From the NCBI GenBank assembly GCA_016872175.1, contig VHBA01000005.1, positions 9,396 to 73,395 on the forward strand: 64,000 bases of DNA, in the 5' to 3' direction. The DNA comes from Sphingomonadales bacterium. GTDB lineage: Bacteria; Bacteroidota; Bacteroidia; NS11-12g; UBA955. Below the pieces are notes generated by a model that was not told the origin of the DNA, ran no database searches, and worked only from the letters and a program-made list of their open reading frames with translations. This document shows positions 1-10,886 of the stretch, piece after piece. The position numbers and the translations under genes are program-made. Numbering within the stretch: the first letter of the stretch is position 1; the number at the start of each line of letters is the position of its first letter.

Positions 1-1
1 T

Positions 2-520
2 TTGCATACCGAAATTCTGTTTTACATTCGCGAAGATAATTCAATACCTAAATCAATGTTATATTTCATTAAACACCTTACCGCTGATGAACAGCAAATA
101 GTTACCAATTCACCACTTTACGTCAGCTTGCTAATTGCCGGTGCAGATGGAAATTTCGATACAGATGAGAAGAAGCGTATTGTGGAACTTGTGCATATTA
201 AGACCTTTACAGAGAGATTTGAACTCCAGAATCTCTATAAGAACCTTAATAATGATTCAGAGGAGCAAATCAGAAACATGATTTCTTCTCTTCCGGAAAA
301 TACCGATGAGCGCAATACGATTTTAAGTGAACTTATAGCCAGGCTCAATGATATTTTTCCAAAGCTGGATGCTAGTTTTTCTGTTCAATTGTATTCAAGC
401 CTCAGACAGTTTGCTGTTTATATTTCTACGGCAGATGGCGGATGGTGGGGTATTTCAGCAGTATCAGATGCTGAAAAAGCCTTCGTTAAGCTACCCATGC
501 TAAATCCACCTGTCCATTAA
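2..520 (+). CDS. hypothetical protein with TerB-like repeats; start uncertain
   Basis: The ORF starts at TTG 2 or ATG 56, and TTTGCA at positions 1-6 looks like a -7 box. Two motifs, LLIAGADGNFDTDEKKRIVELV and VYISTADGGWWGISAVSDAEKAFV, resemble TerB-type helical domains. I recognised no stronger match. Confidence 0.4.
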   Translation: MHTEILFYIREDNSIPKSMLYFIKHLTADEQQIVTNSPLYVSLLIAGADGNFDTDEKKRIVELVHIKTFTERFELQNLYKNLNNDSEEQIRNMISSLPENTDERNTILSELIARLNDIFPKLDASFSVQLYSSLRQFAVYISTADGGWWGISAVSDAEKAFVKLPMLNPPVH

Positions 521-524
521 TGAA

Positions 525-2030
525 ATGACCTTATTCAATAAAATACTGATTGCCAACCGCGGTGAGATTGCCATTCGGGTAATGCGCACGTGCAGAGAAC
601 TCGGAATTCCTACCGTTGCAGTCTATTCGGAGGCGGATAAAAACGCGCTTCATGTCCGCTACGCCGATGAAGCTTATTGTGTCGGAACAGCGGCTTCCTC
701 AGACAGTTATCTGCGTCAGGACCGTATTTTGGAAGTAATTAAAAAAACCAGCGTGGATGCTGTCCATCCCGGTTATGGCTTTCTGAGTGAAAATGCCACA
801 TTCGCCCGCCTGCTGAGAGAAAATGGGATAACGCTGATTGGCCCTTCTCCCGAAAGTATGGATATGATGGGCGATAAAATCCGCAGTAAGCAGGCTGTCG
901 AAAAGTACGGAGTGCCGCTGGTTCCGGGTATCAATGATGCCATCACCGATGATACTGCTGCATTGCAAATTGCCAAGCAGGTTGGTTTCCCGGTCCTTGT
1001 TAAAGCCAGTGCAGGCGGTGGTGGTAAGGGTATGCGTGTAGTGTATGCCGAAAATGAGTTTGCACAGGCCGTACAAACCGCCCGAAGCGAAGCCAGAAGC
1101 GCTTTCGGTGATGACAGCGTTTTCATTGAAAAATACGTGAGCGGCCCGCGCCATATAGAATTCCAAATAATGGCCGATACACACGGCAACATGTGTCACC
1201 TTTTTGAACGGGAATGCAGTATTCAGAGACGCCACCAAAAACTGGTGGAAGAGGCGCCCAGTGCAGTGCTTACCCCCGAACTTCGCAACCGTATGGGTGA
1301 AGCCGCGGTTAATGTGGCCAAAGCATGCAATTATTCCGGTGCAGGTACGGTAGAGTTTCTGCTTGGCGATGATGGCAATTTCTATTTTCTGGAAATGAAT
1401 ACCCGTCTGCAGGTGGAGCATCCCGTAACAGAATGTATCACCGGACTTGATTTGGTGAAAGAACAAATCAGGGTTGCTGCCGGCCTTCCCTTGAACTTTA
1501 CGCAGGAAAGCTTGAAAATGAGCGGCCATGCGGTGGAGCTGCGGGTTTGCGCCGAAGATCCGCGGAATAACTTCCTTCCCAGCGTGGGAACCCTCACCGA
1601 TTATGCCATTCCCAAAGGCCCCGGTGTGCGTGTGGATGATTGCATGGAGCCAGGCATGGAAATACCTATTTTCTATGATAATATGATTTCCAAACTTATT
1701 GCCTGGGGAGGAGACCGCGAAACTGCCATTGCAAGGCTCATACGGGCAATTGATGAATACAGCATTACCGGTATTGAAACCACCCTTGAGTTTGGGAAAT
1801 TTGTACTTAACCACCCCGATTTCAGAGCAGGCAATTTTGATACCCATTTCATAGCCAAGCACTACAACCCAGAGGAACAAACAGGAGAAATGTTTTCTTC
1901 AGTAGAGCAAAGTGCTGCCGCCATGGCCGCTGTGGCTTTTTTTCAAGGGGCAAAGTCAACGGTAGATACTACTTCTGTTTCTGAATCCGGCAGTGCCTGG
2001 TTTAAAAATCGTAAAAGCTACTACGCTTAA
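525..2030 (+). CDS. accC: acetyl-CoA carboxylase biotin carboxylase subunit
   Basis: The N-terminus is KILIANRGEIAIRVMRTCRELGI. It also has the ATP-grasp loop KASAGGGGKGMRVV and EMNTRLQVEHPVTE. Length is 501 aa. Confidence 0.95.
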   Translation: MTLFNKILIANRGEIAIRVMRTCRELGIPTVAVYSEADKNALHVRYADEAYCVGTAASSDSYLRQDRILEVIKKTSVDAVHPGYGFLSENATFARLLRENGITLIGPSPESMDMMGDKIRSKQAVEKYGVPLVPGINDAITDDTAALQIAKQVGFPVLVKASAGGGGKGMRVVYAENEFAQAVQTARSEARSAFGDDSVFIEKYVSGPRHIEFQIMADTHGNMCHLFERECSIQRRHQKLVEEAPSAVLTPELRNRMGEAAVNVAKACNYSGAGTVEFLLGDDGNFYFLEMNTRLQVEHPVTECITGLDLVKEQIRVAAGLPLNFTQESLKMSGHAVELRVCAEDPRNNFLPSVGTLTDYAIPKGPGVRVDDCMEPGMEIPIFYDNMISKLIAWGGDRETAIARLIRAIDEYSITGIETTLEFGKFVLNHPDFRAGNFDTHFIAKHYNPEEQTGEMFSSVEQSAAAMAAVAFFQGAKSTVDTTSVSESGSAWFKNRKSYYA

Positions 2031-2041
2031 CCCCAAGAGGC

Positions 2042-2986
2042 ATGAAACCCAGCAGCCATGCCGTATTGATTGTGGATGATTTTCATCCCTCACTTACAGA
2101 TTCTCTGGAAGCTGCGGACATTGCTTTTCACTGCGAGCCTCAGGCCAACAGAAATCGTATTATCGAACTGCTTAGTCAAGGTTTTGAAGGACTTATTATT
2201 CGCAGCAAAACACCCGTAGATAAGGAATTACTGCGGGCTTCAGCGCATTTGAAATGGGTAGGCCGTGGTGGTTCAGGTACCGATAATATTGATGTAGAAA
2301 CCGCTGAAAATCTGGGCATAGAAATATTTAATGCGGGCGCTGCCAACGCCGATGCTGTGGCTGAACATGCAGTTGGCATGCTGTTATCACTTTTACATAA
2401 CCTCGCACGGGCTGATGCAGAAGTTCGAAACCGCATCTGGAAACGTGAAGAAAACCGTGGGACAGAACTGAAAGGGAAAACGGTGGGTGTTATCGGCTAC
2501 GGAAATACGGGAATTGCTGTTGCTGATAGGCTGCAGGGATTTGGCGTAGATGTGATTGCTTATGATAAATATAAGCAAAATTTTGGAAATAACCAAATAA
2601 AAGAGGTGAAATTGGTAGAGTTGCAGCAATCTGCCGATATCATTACGTTGCATGTTCCATTAACCAATGAAACCCGCTACATGGTTAACCATGCGTTTAT
2701 TGAAAAATGCAAAAAGCCTTTTTATTTGCTAAACCTCAGTAGGGGAGAGGTTGTCAATACGATGGATGTGCTGGCAGCCATGGAAAATAACCATATTGCC
2801 GGTTTTGCAGCTGATGTGCTTGAAAACGAGAAATTGCATGCTTTTGCAGAAAGTGAAAACCAATGGTTCACAGCATTGATAAATAGTTCCCGAACAGTAT
2901 TGGCACCGCATATTGGCGGATGGACTTTCGAAAGCTACCGAAAGATTTCTGAGGTGCTGGCTTTTGAAGTATGCCAACGAATGTAA
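2042..2986 (+). CDS. D-isomer-specific 2-hydroxyacid / 3-phosphoglycerate dehydrogenase family protein
   Basis: It has the Rossmann motif GKTVGVIGYGNTGIAVA, the segments LNLSRGEVV and PHIGGWT, and a length of 314 aa typical of the family. Confidence 0.8.
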   Translation: MKPSSHAVLIVDDFHPSLTDSLEAADIAFHCEPQANRNRIIELLSQGFEGLIIRSKTPVDKELLRASAHLKWVGRGGSGTDNIDVETAENLGIEIFNAGAANADAVAEHAVGMLLSLLHNLARADAEVRNRIWKREENRGTELKGKTVGVIGYGNTGIAVADRLQGFGVDVIAYDKYKQNFGNNQIKEVKLVELQQSADIITLHVPLTNETRYMVNHAFIEKCKKPFYLLNLSRGEVVNTMDVLAAMENNHIAGFAADVLENEKLHAFAESENQWFTALINSSRTVLAPHIGGWTFESYRKISEVLAFEVCQRM

Positions 2987-3179
2987 TGATTTCGTAATTC
3001 TGCCTCTGCTTTTGTCATAGCAGTGTTGCTTCCAGACTGAAAATCAATCTTTTTGTCAAAAAAAAGCAGGTTTTTGCAACCTTTGATTAAGGGGTTGTTA
3101 AATCGTTGATTTTTAGGTAAACTTGCAATCGAAAGTTCGGACGAAAAAGCGGCTTTCATCGATTAAAGAAAAAAGACAT

Positions 3180-6100
3180 ATGAACAGAACTATACTTAAG
3201 TTTCTTTTTGTAACTATTCTCAGTCTCAGTGCGGCAGCAGGCATGGCACAGACCAGTTTTGCCGACTTCCGTGTAAAGGTAACTTTTAAAGGCGCTCCCG
3301 TTTCGGGCGCCGTAATCAAAATGTCAAAAAACGACATATTGGTAAAAACAGACACCACAGACAGTGATGGTTACTGCGTATTCCAAACCCTGGATCCCGG
3401 AACCTATGACATGGAAGTGGAAAAAGGAGGTTACAATCCCGTTAAACTTGAAATTCCCCTTTCTGTGGGTCTTAATCCCCAGCAGGATGTTTCTCTGACC
3501 CAAGGGATGGGAACGCTGGTTATTACAGGCGTTGCCAAAAAGACGCCCGTGGATCTCATCAAAAACGAACGGTCTGTATCAAACAAACAACTGCTGCAAG
3601 GCAGTCAGCGCGGTTTGGGTGCCGTAATTTCTACCAATGCCGCTGTGGTGGCTACCACCCAGGGTGTTTCGGTTAGAGGTACCCGCGCAGATGGCAACGG
3701 AACATTTATTGACGGTATGCGTGTTATTGGTTCAGGCGCCCTGCCTACATTGGGTACGGATGCAATCGCAGCCAATATCGGTGGTATCCCTGCCATGTAT
3801 GGTGACCTTACCGGTGGTGCTTTCAGTTACACATCTCGCGGTGCAACAGCCAAGCTTGTTACTGCCGTTGAAGGCATTACTTCTCAGGGGTTGGATCCTT
3901 TTGGTTACAATACGGTGGAAGGCTTTGTTTCAGGTCCGCTTTGGAAGAAAAAATACAAGGATGAAACCGGAACCACCAAAGAATTGGTGAAACTAGGTTT
4001 CGTATTAAACGGTAACCTGGGTTATTTTAAAGACCCCGCACCCACCCGCACAGGTGTATATGTGGTAAAAGAAGACAAACTGCGCGAGATGGAAGAAAAT
4101 CCCCTGATTATAACGCCCAATGGATTTGTGCATCGCGGTGCGTACCTGCGCGAGAGCGATTTTGATCGCTTGAAGGCACGTCCAAATTCACCTCTGTATC
4201 AGGGTAACTTCATAGGTAAACTTGAATTCCGACCCAATAACCAGATTACAGTTACCGGTTATGCTTCTTATTTCTATAGCCAGGGTATTGCAGCCAGTAA
4301 CTCTATCATGAACTACAAAAACAACGGTCGTACTGATAATACTACTTTTAGAAGCTATCTGCAGTTTACGCAAAACTTTAAAGTAGATAAAAACAGCAGC
4401 ATAAAAAGTGCCTTCTACACAGCCCGCCTCGAATATCAGAATGCATCCGGTATGGGTCGCGATGCCAATCACTTGAACAATATCTTTGATTATGGTTATG
4501 TAGGTACATTTCAGTCATATCCAATGCCTGTTTATCAATATGCAAACTATGATCAGCAGCAAAATCCTAATAAAGAACCTCGTACCGTTACCGATCAGTT
4601 CGGCAATACCGTTCAGCTGAGAAACTACTGGGAATTGGTTGGCTATGCCGATACCCTGATGACCTTTAACCCAAGTAATCTCAATCCTACAAGAGCACGC
4701 TACACGCAAAATGTATATAATTACTATGCAAGCCGCGGTTTCAGTGTTAGAAACTCCTCTCAGGTGTTTCAGAGCCAGGGCTTGATGAATGGTTTTAACC
4801 CCAATAACGTATATTCACTGTGGGGAACACCCGGTGGCGTAACCAGCGGCTACAGCAAAAACCAGGCACAGCGTTTCTCGTTGTTTGCCATTGGTCAGAT
4901 GCAGGTGAAGCCTAAAACGGTTGGTGGACGCGAACGTACACCACACGATCTGCAGGCCGGTGTTTATTACGAACAGCAAATCTCTCGCGGCTATGGTCTG
5001 GGAGCTAATGGTCTTTGGATTCTAATGGGTCAGCTGATGAACCGCCACATTTCTGAATTGGATCGCAACAATCCTATTCTTAGTTATGACGCAAATGGCG
5101 TATTCACCGATACGGTTCGCTATAACCGCCTTATAAACTACGCCGATCAGAGCAATTTTGACCGCTCTTTCCGCAATAAACTGATTTCTCAGGGAGCCCG
5201 TGACGTATACGGTAAACCTGTGGATGATCGCACTTTCGTTGACATCAACAGCTACAAACCCGGTGATTTCTCCATAGACATGTTCACTGCCGACGAACTG
5301 CTAAACAACGGTAATGGATACGTAAGTTATTTCGGCTATGACCACATGGGCAACAAGGTATTCAGAAAGCCTGCAATTGAAGAGTTTTTGAACAATCCCA
5401 CCATGCGTACCATTGGTGCATTCCGCCCCGTTTACATGGCTGCATGGTTGCAGGATCAGTTCCAGTTTAAAGACCTGATTTTCCGTCTTGGACTGCGCAT
5501 GGAAAGCTACGATGCCAATCAGTATGTGCTGAAAGATCCTTACACATTGTACCCTATCCGCACTGCGGCAGAGGTTAAGAAAATCAATGGAATTGACGTG
5601 GCTCACCCTGATAACATAGGCAGCGATTATGCTGTATATGTTAACGATTTGAAATCGCCAACTAAGATTGTCGGCTACCGCAATGATGACCGCTGGTATA
5701 ACGTGGACGGAAGTGAACAGCGCAATCCTGAATTTTTGGCCAACCAGACTTCCAATGGCCGTATAGCGCCTTATCTTGTAGCTACCAACACCGATAGCCT
5801 TGTACTGGGCAAGGATGCACTTCGTGATTTTACACCCGCACTGAACTTCCTTCCCCGTATTTGGTTCAGTTTCCCGCTGGAACCAGGTCGTAAGACTTTC
5901 TACGTAAGCTACGATGTGCTTGCGCAAAGACCTAACAACGGTGCTTCTTTCTTAACCATAGACGAACTGTACTACTTGAAGAACCGTCAGGGATCTACCA
6001 TTTCTAATGGTGATCTTAAAAGCCGTTTAAAAACTGATTATGAAGTAGGTTATAAGCAGCTCTTCGGCCGCAAGAAAAACAAAGGACTTGAGATGGCCGC

Positions 6101-6932
6101 TTCTTACTCGGAAATCCGCCGTGACTTTGGTCTGTATCAGATAGCTCAAGGTTTCCCCGTAACCTATACTACCTATCGTAACATTGATTTCGCAACCATT
6201 ACCGGTTTCCGCGGAACTTTTGTTATGGAAGAAATAGGACCACTCAGCCTCCTTGCCAGCTACATGATGCAGTTTGCCGATGGAACCGGATCTAACATCA
6301 ACTCTCAGGCTGCCCTGATTGCCAGCAATCAACCTAACCTCAGAAATGTAATTCCACTGGGCGAACTGGATATCCGCCACAACGTGAAATTGTCTGCTAC
6401 ATGGGCCTGGGCTGGTGGAAGAGACCTGAAAACCAAGAAAAATTTATATACCGGTCCTGTAGTAGGTGGTAAAGAAATTTTCAAGTTTACCAGCTTTAAC
6501 ATCATTGCAAACGCCTACAGTGGCGCACCCTACACACCAACTACACGTCCCGTGCAGATTGGTGCAGTTGACAGAGCACAGATTAAAGGTGTTCCATACG
6601 GTGCACGTCTGCCATGGCAGCAAACCATTGATATTAACATCACCAAAGGCTTTAGCCTGAAGCGTTCCGGTAAAGACAATCCCCTGCAGCTGAATGTTTT
6701 TGTTTGGGTGCAAAATGTACTCAATACCAAGAATGTGGTTGGTGTCTTCCCATTCACCGGTCAGCCCATGGATGACGGCTTCCTCAACTCCCAGGCCGGT
6801 CAACTTCTGGTGCGCAATCAGATTGATGCCCAAAGCTACACCGATCTGTATAAAATCCTGTTGAACTCTCAAACAGGCAGTTTTGGTGCTCCCAGAAATG
6901 CCCGTGTAGGTATACGTATGAATTTTAATTAA
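3180..6932 (+). CDS. TonB-dependent-receptor-like outer membrane protein (CarboxypepD_reg-like domain, plug, large barrel)
   Basis: The ATG at 3180 gives the signal peptide MNRTILKFLFVTILSLSAAAGMAQ. It is followed by a beta-sandwich (VSGAVIKMSK...DSDGYCVF..LDPGTYDMEVEKGGY), a plug-like segment GVSVRGTRADGNGTFIDGMRV, and the terminus GIRMNFN typical of barrel proteins. No SusD-like gene follows it. Confidence 0.75.
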   Translation: MNRTILKFLFVTILSLSAAAGMAQTSFADFRVKVTFKGAPVSGAVIKMSKNDILVKTDTTDSDGYCVFQTLDPGTYDMEVEKGGYNPVKLEIPLSVGLNPQQDVSLTQGMGTLVITGVAKKTPVDLIKNERSVSNKQLLQGSQRGLGAVISTNAAVVATTQGVSVRGTRADGNGTFIDGMRVIGSGALPTLGTDAIAANIGGIPAMYGDLTGGAFSYTSRGATAKLVTAVEGITSQGLDPFGYNTVEGFVSGPLWKKKYKDETGTTKELVKLGFVLNGNLGYFKDPAPTRTGVYVVKEDKLREMEENPLIITPNGFVHRGAYLRESDFDRLKARPNSPLYQGNFIGKLEFRPNNQITVTGYASYFYSQGIAASNSIMNYKNNGRTDNTTFRSYLQFTQNFKVDKNSSIKSAFYTARLEYQNASGMGRDANHLNNIFDYGYVGTFQSYPMPVYQYANYDQQQNPNKEPRTVTDQFGNTVQLRNYWELVGYADTLMTFNPSNLNPTRARYTQNVYNYYASRGFSVRNSSQVFQSQGLMNGFNPNNVYSLWGTPGGVTSGYSKNQAQRFSLFAIGQMQVKPKTVGGRERTPHDLQAGVYYEQQISRGYGLGANGLWILMGQLMNRHISELDRNNPILSYDANGVFTDTVRYNRLINYADQSNFDRSFRNKLISQGARDVYGKPVDDRTFVDINSYKPGDFSIDMFTADELLNNGNGYVSYFGYDHMGNKVFRKPAIEEFLNNPTMRTIGAFRPVYMAAWLQDQFQFKDLIFRLGLRMESYDANQYVLKDPYTLYPIRTAAEVKKINGIDVAHPDNIGSDYAVYVNDLKSPTKIVGYRNDDRWYNVDGSEQRNPEFLANQTSNGRIAPYLVATNTDSLVLGKDALRDFTPALNFLPRIWFSFPLEPGRKTFYVSYDVLAQRPNNGASFLTIDELYYLKNRQGSTISNGDLKSRLKTDYEVGYKQLFGRKKNKGLEMAASYSEIRRDFGLYQIAQGFPVTYTTYRNIDFATITGFRGTFVMEEIGPLSLLASYMMQFADGTGSNINSQAALIASNQPNLRNVIPLGELDIRHNVKLSATWAWAGGRDLKTKKNLYTGPVVGGKEIFKFTSFNIIANAYSGAPYTPTTRPVQIGAVDRAQIKGVPYGARLPWQQTIDINITKGFSLKRSGKDNPLQLNVFVWVQNVLNTKNVVGVFPFTGQPMDDGFLNSQAGQLLVRNQIDAQSYTDLYKILLNSQTGSFGAPRNARVGIRMNFN

Positions 6933-6958
6933 TGTTTTACTTCAATTACAGAAATCCG

Positions 6959-9900
6959 ATGAAATCCAATCAAGTGAAAAGTGTTTTGATTATCACTGCT
7001 GCAGCATTGTCTGCAGTTGCAAATGCCAGACCAGTAGTGGGAACCTCCAGGGTTCGCCCCAAACAAAACAATGACCAGCGCCTCACCATGTTGGCCAATA
7101 CTTGTGAACCGGCCTCAACCAGCGCCGATCTTGATATAAACAACGTAAGGACCAAACTGCTGAATGGCGGTGATATGTGGTGGGATTTGAATAACCCCAA
7201 GTATGAAATACCTAAGGTTACCGATCCCAATGCTGTGCGCAAACATTCACTGTTCTCCGGTGCCATCTGGATTGGTGGTAAGGATAACGGTGGCAGCCTT
7301 AAACTGGCAGCTATGACTTACCGTCAGCGTGGTTCAGATTTTTGGCCCGGTCCCTTGGATACTACAACTGCCAGTACCGATCCCGTTCGTTGTAAAAATT
7401 ACAACCGCATGTGGAAAGTTACCCGCGATGACCTGGAGCAGTTTGAAGAAAGTAAATTTATTTCCCAGACCAACGATATACGCGAATGGCCTGCAGGCCG
7501 AGACCGCGCCACCAAGACCGGAAATGAAGCGCGCTACCTGGCTCCATTTAAAGACATAGATAACGATGGTGTCTATGAGCCCGATTTGGGTGAGCATCCC
7601 GTGCTCGATGAAAGACGCCCTGTAAGTGAGAATGGCGTGGACAGACAGCCCGATATGTTTATCTGGTGGGTTTTCAATGACCGTGGAAATATTCACTCTG
7701 AAACACAAGGACAGCCCATTGGTGTTGAATGTCAGACCACCGGTTTTGCATTCGCTACCAATGATGAAGTAAACAATATGACTTTCTACAGCACAAAAAT
7801 CATTAACCGTGGTTTCACTACCCTCAATGACTGCTACATGGGCCAGTGGGTGGATGCTGATTTAGGAAACTATGCCGATGATTATGTAGGTTGTGATGTA
7901 AACAGAAGTCTCGGTTATTGCTACAATGGTGATGATGAAGATGAAGGCGTTCTTGGTTATGGTCTTAACCCTCCCACCGTTGGTGTGGATTACTTTGAAG
8001 GGCCAACAGATACTGCTGGCAAACAAATGGGCCTGAGTCATTTCATGTATTATAACAATGACGCGGATCCTATACGCGGTAATCCCGATTTGGCACCAGA
8101 GTTCTATAACCTGCTTCAGGGTAAATGGCTTGGTGGACAGACCGTAACCCGCGGTGGAACGGGTTTCGGTGGTAGTCAGCCCGCTAAATACATGTTCCCC
8201 GACAATACAGATCCTGACTATCTGGGTAGCAGCTGGACTGAAAAATCCAGTGGCAACAAGCCCGGTGACCGTCGCTTTATACAGAGTACAGGGCCTTTCG
8301 AACTAAAAAGAGGTCAGGTACAGCGTATTACCGTGGGTGTTGTATGGGCAAGAACAACCAGCGGCGGTGCTCTTGGTTCATTGAATGTGTTGAAACTTGC
8401 TTCAGATAAAGCGCAGACATTGTTCAATAACAATTTCAAAATTTTGGATGGTCCCAATGCCCCTGATGTGGAAATTCAGGAACTTAACCAGGAACTGGTG
8501 TTGAAAATGCTCAATACAGGATCTGATAAAGTAGAAGCATACCAGGAAACTTACAAGGATGCCAACAACCAAACCAAAACATACAAGTTTGAGGGTTACA
8601 TGATTTATCAGTTGAAGGATGGTACCGTAAATACCGGTGATCTTGATAATGTTGACAAGGCCCGTATGCTCTTCCAGTGCGATATCAAAAATAACAGGGC
8701 ACAAATTATCAATAAAGTGTATGACCCCAAGTTGGCAACCTTGATACCTGTTGAAAAGGTAGATGGTGCTGATAAGGGAGTTCAACATAGTTACAGCATT
8801 AAGAAAGATTTGTTTGCTACCGGATCCAATACGGATTTGGTAGATTTCAAACCTTACTATTATATGGTTCTTTCGTATGCGACAATTTCAGATGATCCCC
8901 TTCAGGCAGATCCAAACCAGTTCCTTGCAGGTCGCAGAAATATCAAAGTTTACCGCGCAGTTCCCCATAAAACCGAACCTGAGAATTTCGGCACAGCGCT
9001 TAACAGCCAATATGGTAGTGGCCCTAAACTGACCCGCATAGAAGGCCGCGGAAATGGTGGTAACGTTTTGGAATTTACCAAAGAAACAATTGACGAAATC
9101 ATGAAAAACGGTATCAGCAACAACCCTACCTATATGGGTGGTATGGGACCTGTAGCCGTAAAAGTGGTTGATCCATTAAAAGTTCCCAAGGCAAACTTTG
9201 AACTATATTTCAAGGAGCGCACCGCTTCAAATGCTACTTTGCTTCGCGATTCCATGACTGCAAACTCTTACTGGGTTCTTGTAAACAAAACAACGGGTGA
9301 TACCATTGCCGGTGATACTACGTTGGCTACTAAGTTTGAATCGTTGCAAGGTCGAAATAGCGAATATCCTGCCAAAGGAAAGTATAGAGCATTTAACAAT
9401 GCAAATCCCAATGTGAGTCTTGCTGACTGGGGTTTGAGTATTGAGATTATTCAGGTTAAAAACCCTGGCGAAAATGCCGAGGCCGATCCTTCCAACAGCA
9501 TGGTTTCGTGGTCTGTGGATTGGGAAGATAACGGAAAACAATGGCTCACTGCCGTTATAGACAATGACGCACAGAGCACTGCCTCAAGTGGCGCCCTGTG
9601 GCAAAACTGGATTCGTTCAGGGACCAATGGACGTGGTGGCACTTTTGATGGTCATTTGCATGATTTTTACGACGCAGGTGGCACATCCCTTGACCCCGGT
9701 CAAGCTTTTGAAAGAATCTGGAATGGAAGAATAGCACCTTATGCACTTACGGCCCGCACGGCCTTCAATCCCAGCAATGGACGCAATACATATGGCTTTG
9801 CATGGACCAGCAATGGCGCCACAGACAATCCATTATCTGAAGTAGCAAGTATAGAATTGGTAATCACTAAAGACAGAAGCAAGTGGACACGCTGTGCTGT

Positions 9901-10867
9901 ACTAGAAATGGCGGATGATGAGGTACGTAATAGTAACGAAGGATCCATTTATAAATTCTCCATGCGCGCTGGTACTTCACGTGATCGCAATCTAAATCCT
10001 CAGTCAGGCAGTACCGGATTAAGCTGGTTCCCCGGATACGCTATTAACATGGAAACCGGTGAGCGCCTGAATATTGCGTTCAGTGAAGATAGTTATCTGG
10101 GTGGTGAAAATGGCCGTGATATGATCTGGAACCCCACAGATAAAGTATATAACGATAATGGTAATTATCCCGCACTGGGCGGTAAACACTTTATCTATGT
10201 GTTCGGTACCGGCCTGACCATGACAAACCGTGCGATTAAAGGCGAGCGTTACTATGGCGAAGATGATGGTAATTTCAATCGTTTCCGTACCGGTTTGGCA
10301 AACGTTCCTACAGGTACCCTCGAGAAGCGTCGCTTCCTGAGTCAGGCGATGTGGGTAATTCCAACCTACATGGCAGCCGGCTACGATATGACGAATGGAG
10401 TACCGCCAACCGATGTGAAGTTTAAAATCAATATCCAGAAGGCATATACAGCATTCAATACCGGAAGCACAATCAACAATACCCGTCCGATGTATTCATT
10501 TGATGCCTCTGACATTGCGCCTACCGTAAGCAAAGAAGTTGGTAAGAAAAACCTGGATCTTGTGAATGTAGTTCCCAACCCTTACAGGGCCTACAGCGAA
10601 TATGAAAACAGCCCGATTGACAGCAGGGTGAAAATTACCAACCTTCCGCCAACTTGCACCATTACCGTATATGATATGGCTGGCAACTTTATTCGCAAAA
10701 TCAGCAAGGCTGATGAGAAAACCTATTATGAATGGGATCTTAAAAATGGTAACAATGTGCCAATTTCGAGTGGTCTATACCTAATTCATGTAAAAGCCCC
10801 CGGACTCGGTGAGAAAATTGTACGCTGGTATGGTATTATGCATGCAATTGACCTGGATACTTATTAA
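6959..10867 (+). CDS. large secreted protein of unknown function with T9SS type A C-terminal sorting domain
   Basis: The ATG at 6959 gives the signal peptide MKSNQVKSVLIITAAALSAVANA. The C-terminus VVPNPYRAYSE...ITVYDMAGNFIRKI...WDLKNGNNVPISSGLYLIHV matches the Por_Secre_tail pattern. I recognised no catalytic motif in the body. Confidence 0.7.
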   Translation: MKSNQVKSVLIITAAALSAVANARPVVGTSRVRPKQNNDQRLTMLANTCEPASTSADLDINNVRTKLLNGGDMWWDLNNPKYEIPKVTDPNAVRKHSLFSGAIWIGGKDNGGSLKLAAMTYRQRGSDFWPGPLDTTTASTDPVRCKNYNRMWKVTRDDLEQFEESKFISQTNDIREWPAGRDRATKTGNEARYLAPFKDIDNDGVYEPDLGEHPVLDERRPVSENGVDRQPDMFIWWVFNDRGNIHSETQGQPIGVECQTTGFAFATNDEVNNMTFYSTKIINRGFTTLNDCYMGQWVDADLGNYADDYVGCDVNRSLGYCYNGDDEDEGVLGYGLNPPTVGVDYFEGPTDTAGKQMGLSHFMYYNNDADPIRGNPDLAPEFYNLLQGKWLGGQTVTRGGTGFGGSQPAKYMFPDNTDPDYLGSSWTEKSSGNKPGDRRFIQSTGPFELKRGQVQRITVGVVWARTTSGGALGSLNVLKLASDKAQTLFNNNFKILDGPNAPDVEIQELNQELVLKMLNTGSDKVEAYQETYKDANNQTKTYKFEGYMIYQLKDGTVNTGDLDNVDKARMLFQCDIKNNRAQIINKVYDPKLATLIPVEKVDGADKGVQHSYSIKKDLFATGSNTDLVDFKPYYYMVLSYATISDDPLQADPNQFLAGRRNIKVYRAVPHKTEPENFGTALNSQYGSGPKLTRIEGRGNGGNVLEFTKETIDEIMKNGISNNPTYMGGMGPVAVKVVDPLKVPKANFELYFKERTASNATLLRDSMTANSYWVLVNKTTGDTIAGDTTLATKFESLQGRNSEYPAKGKYRAFNNANPNVSLADWGLSIEIIQVKNPGENAEADPSNSMVSWSVDWEDNGKQWLTAVIDNDAQSTASSGALWQNWIRSGTNGRGGTFDGHLHDFYDAGGTSLDPGQAFERIWNGRIAPYALTARTAFNPSNGRNTYGFAWTSNGATDNPLSEVASIELVITKDRSKWTRCAVLEMADDEVRNSNEGSIYKFSMRAGTSRDRNLNPQSGSTGLSWFPGYAINMETGERLNIAFSEDSYLGGENGRDMIWNPTDKVYNDNGNYPALGGKHFIYVFGTGLTMTNRAIKGERYYGEDDGNFNRFRTGLANVPTGTLEKRRFLSQAMWVIPTYMAAGYDMTNGVPPTDVKFKINIQKAYTAFNTGSTINNTRPMYSFDASDIAPTVSKEVGKKNLDLVNVVPNPYRAYSEYENSPIDSRVKITNLPPTCTITVYDMAGNFIRKISKADEKTYYEWDLKNGNNVPISSGLYLIHVKAPGLGEKIVRWYGIMHAIDLDTY

Positions 10868-10886
10868 ACCTTTAAAGAAAAACACA

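Noticed and set aside
699-1880. 393-aa ORF on the minus strand inside accC, with smaller ones at 773-1192, 1382-1597 and 1673-1858
   Set aside because: It is antisense to a gene with unmistakable biotin carboxylase motifs. The translated sequence is low in complexity with no motifs, as expected for a shadow ORF.
6959-10867. Possibility that the 1300-aa protein upstream of the PorV-like gene is the T9SS sortase PorU
   Set aside because: Its size and position fit. However, I could not find the gingipain/C25-type His (GHG-like) and Cys catalytic motifs by eye. I therefore left it as an unknown protein and flagged the question as a finding that needs a profile search.
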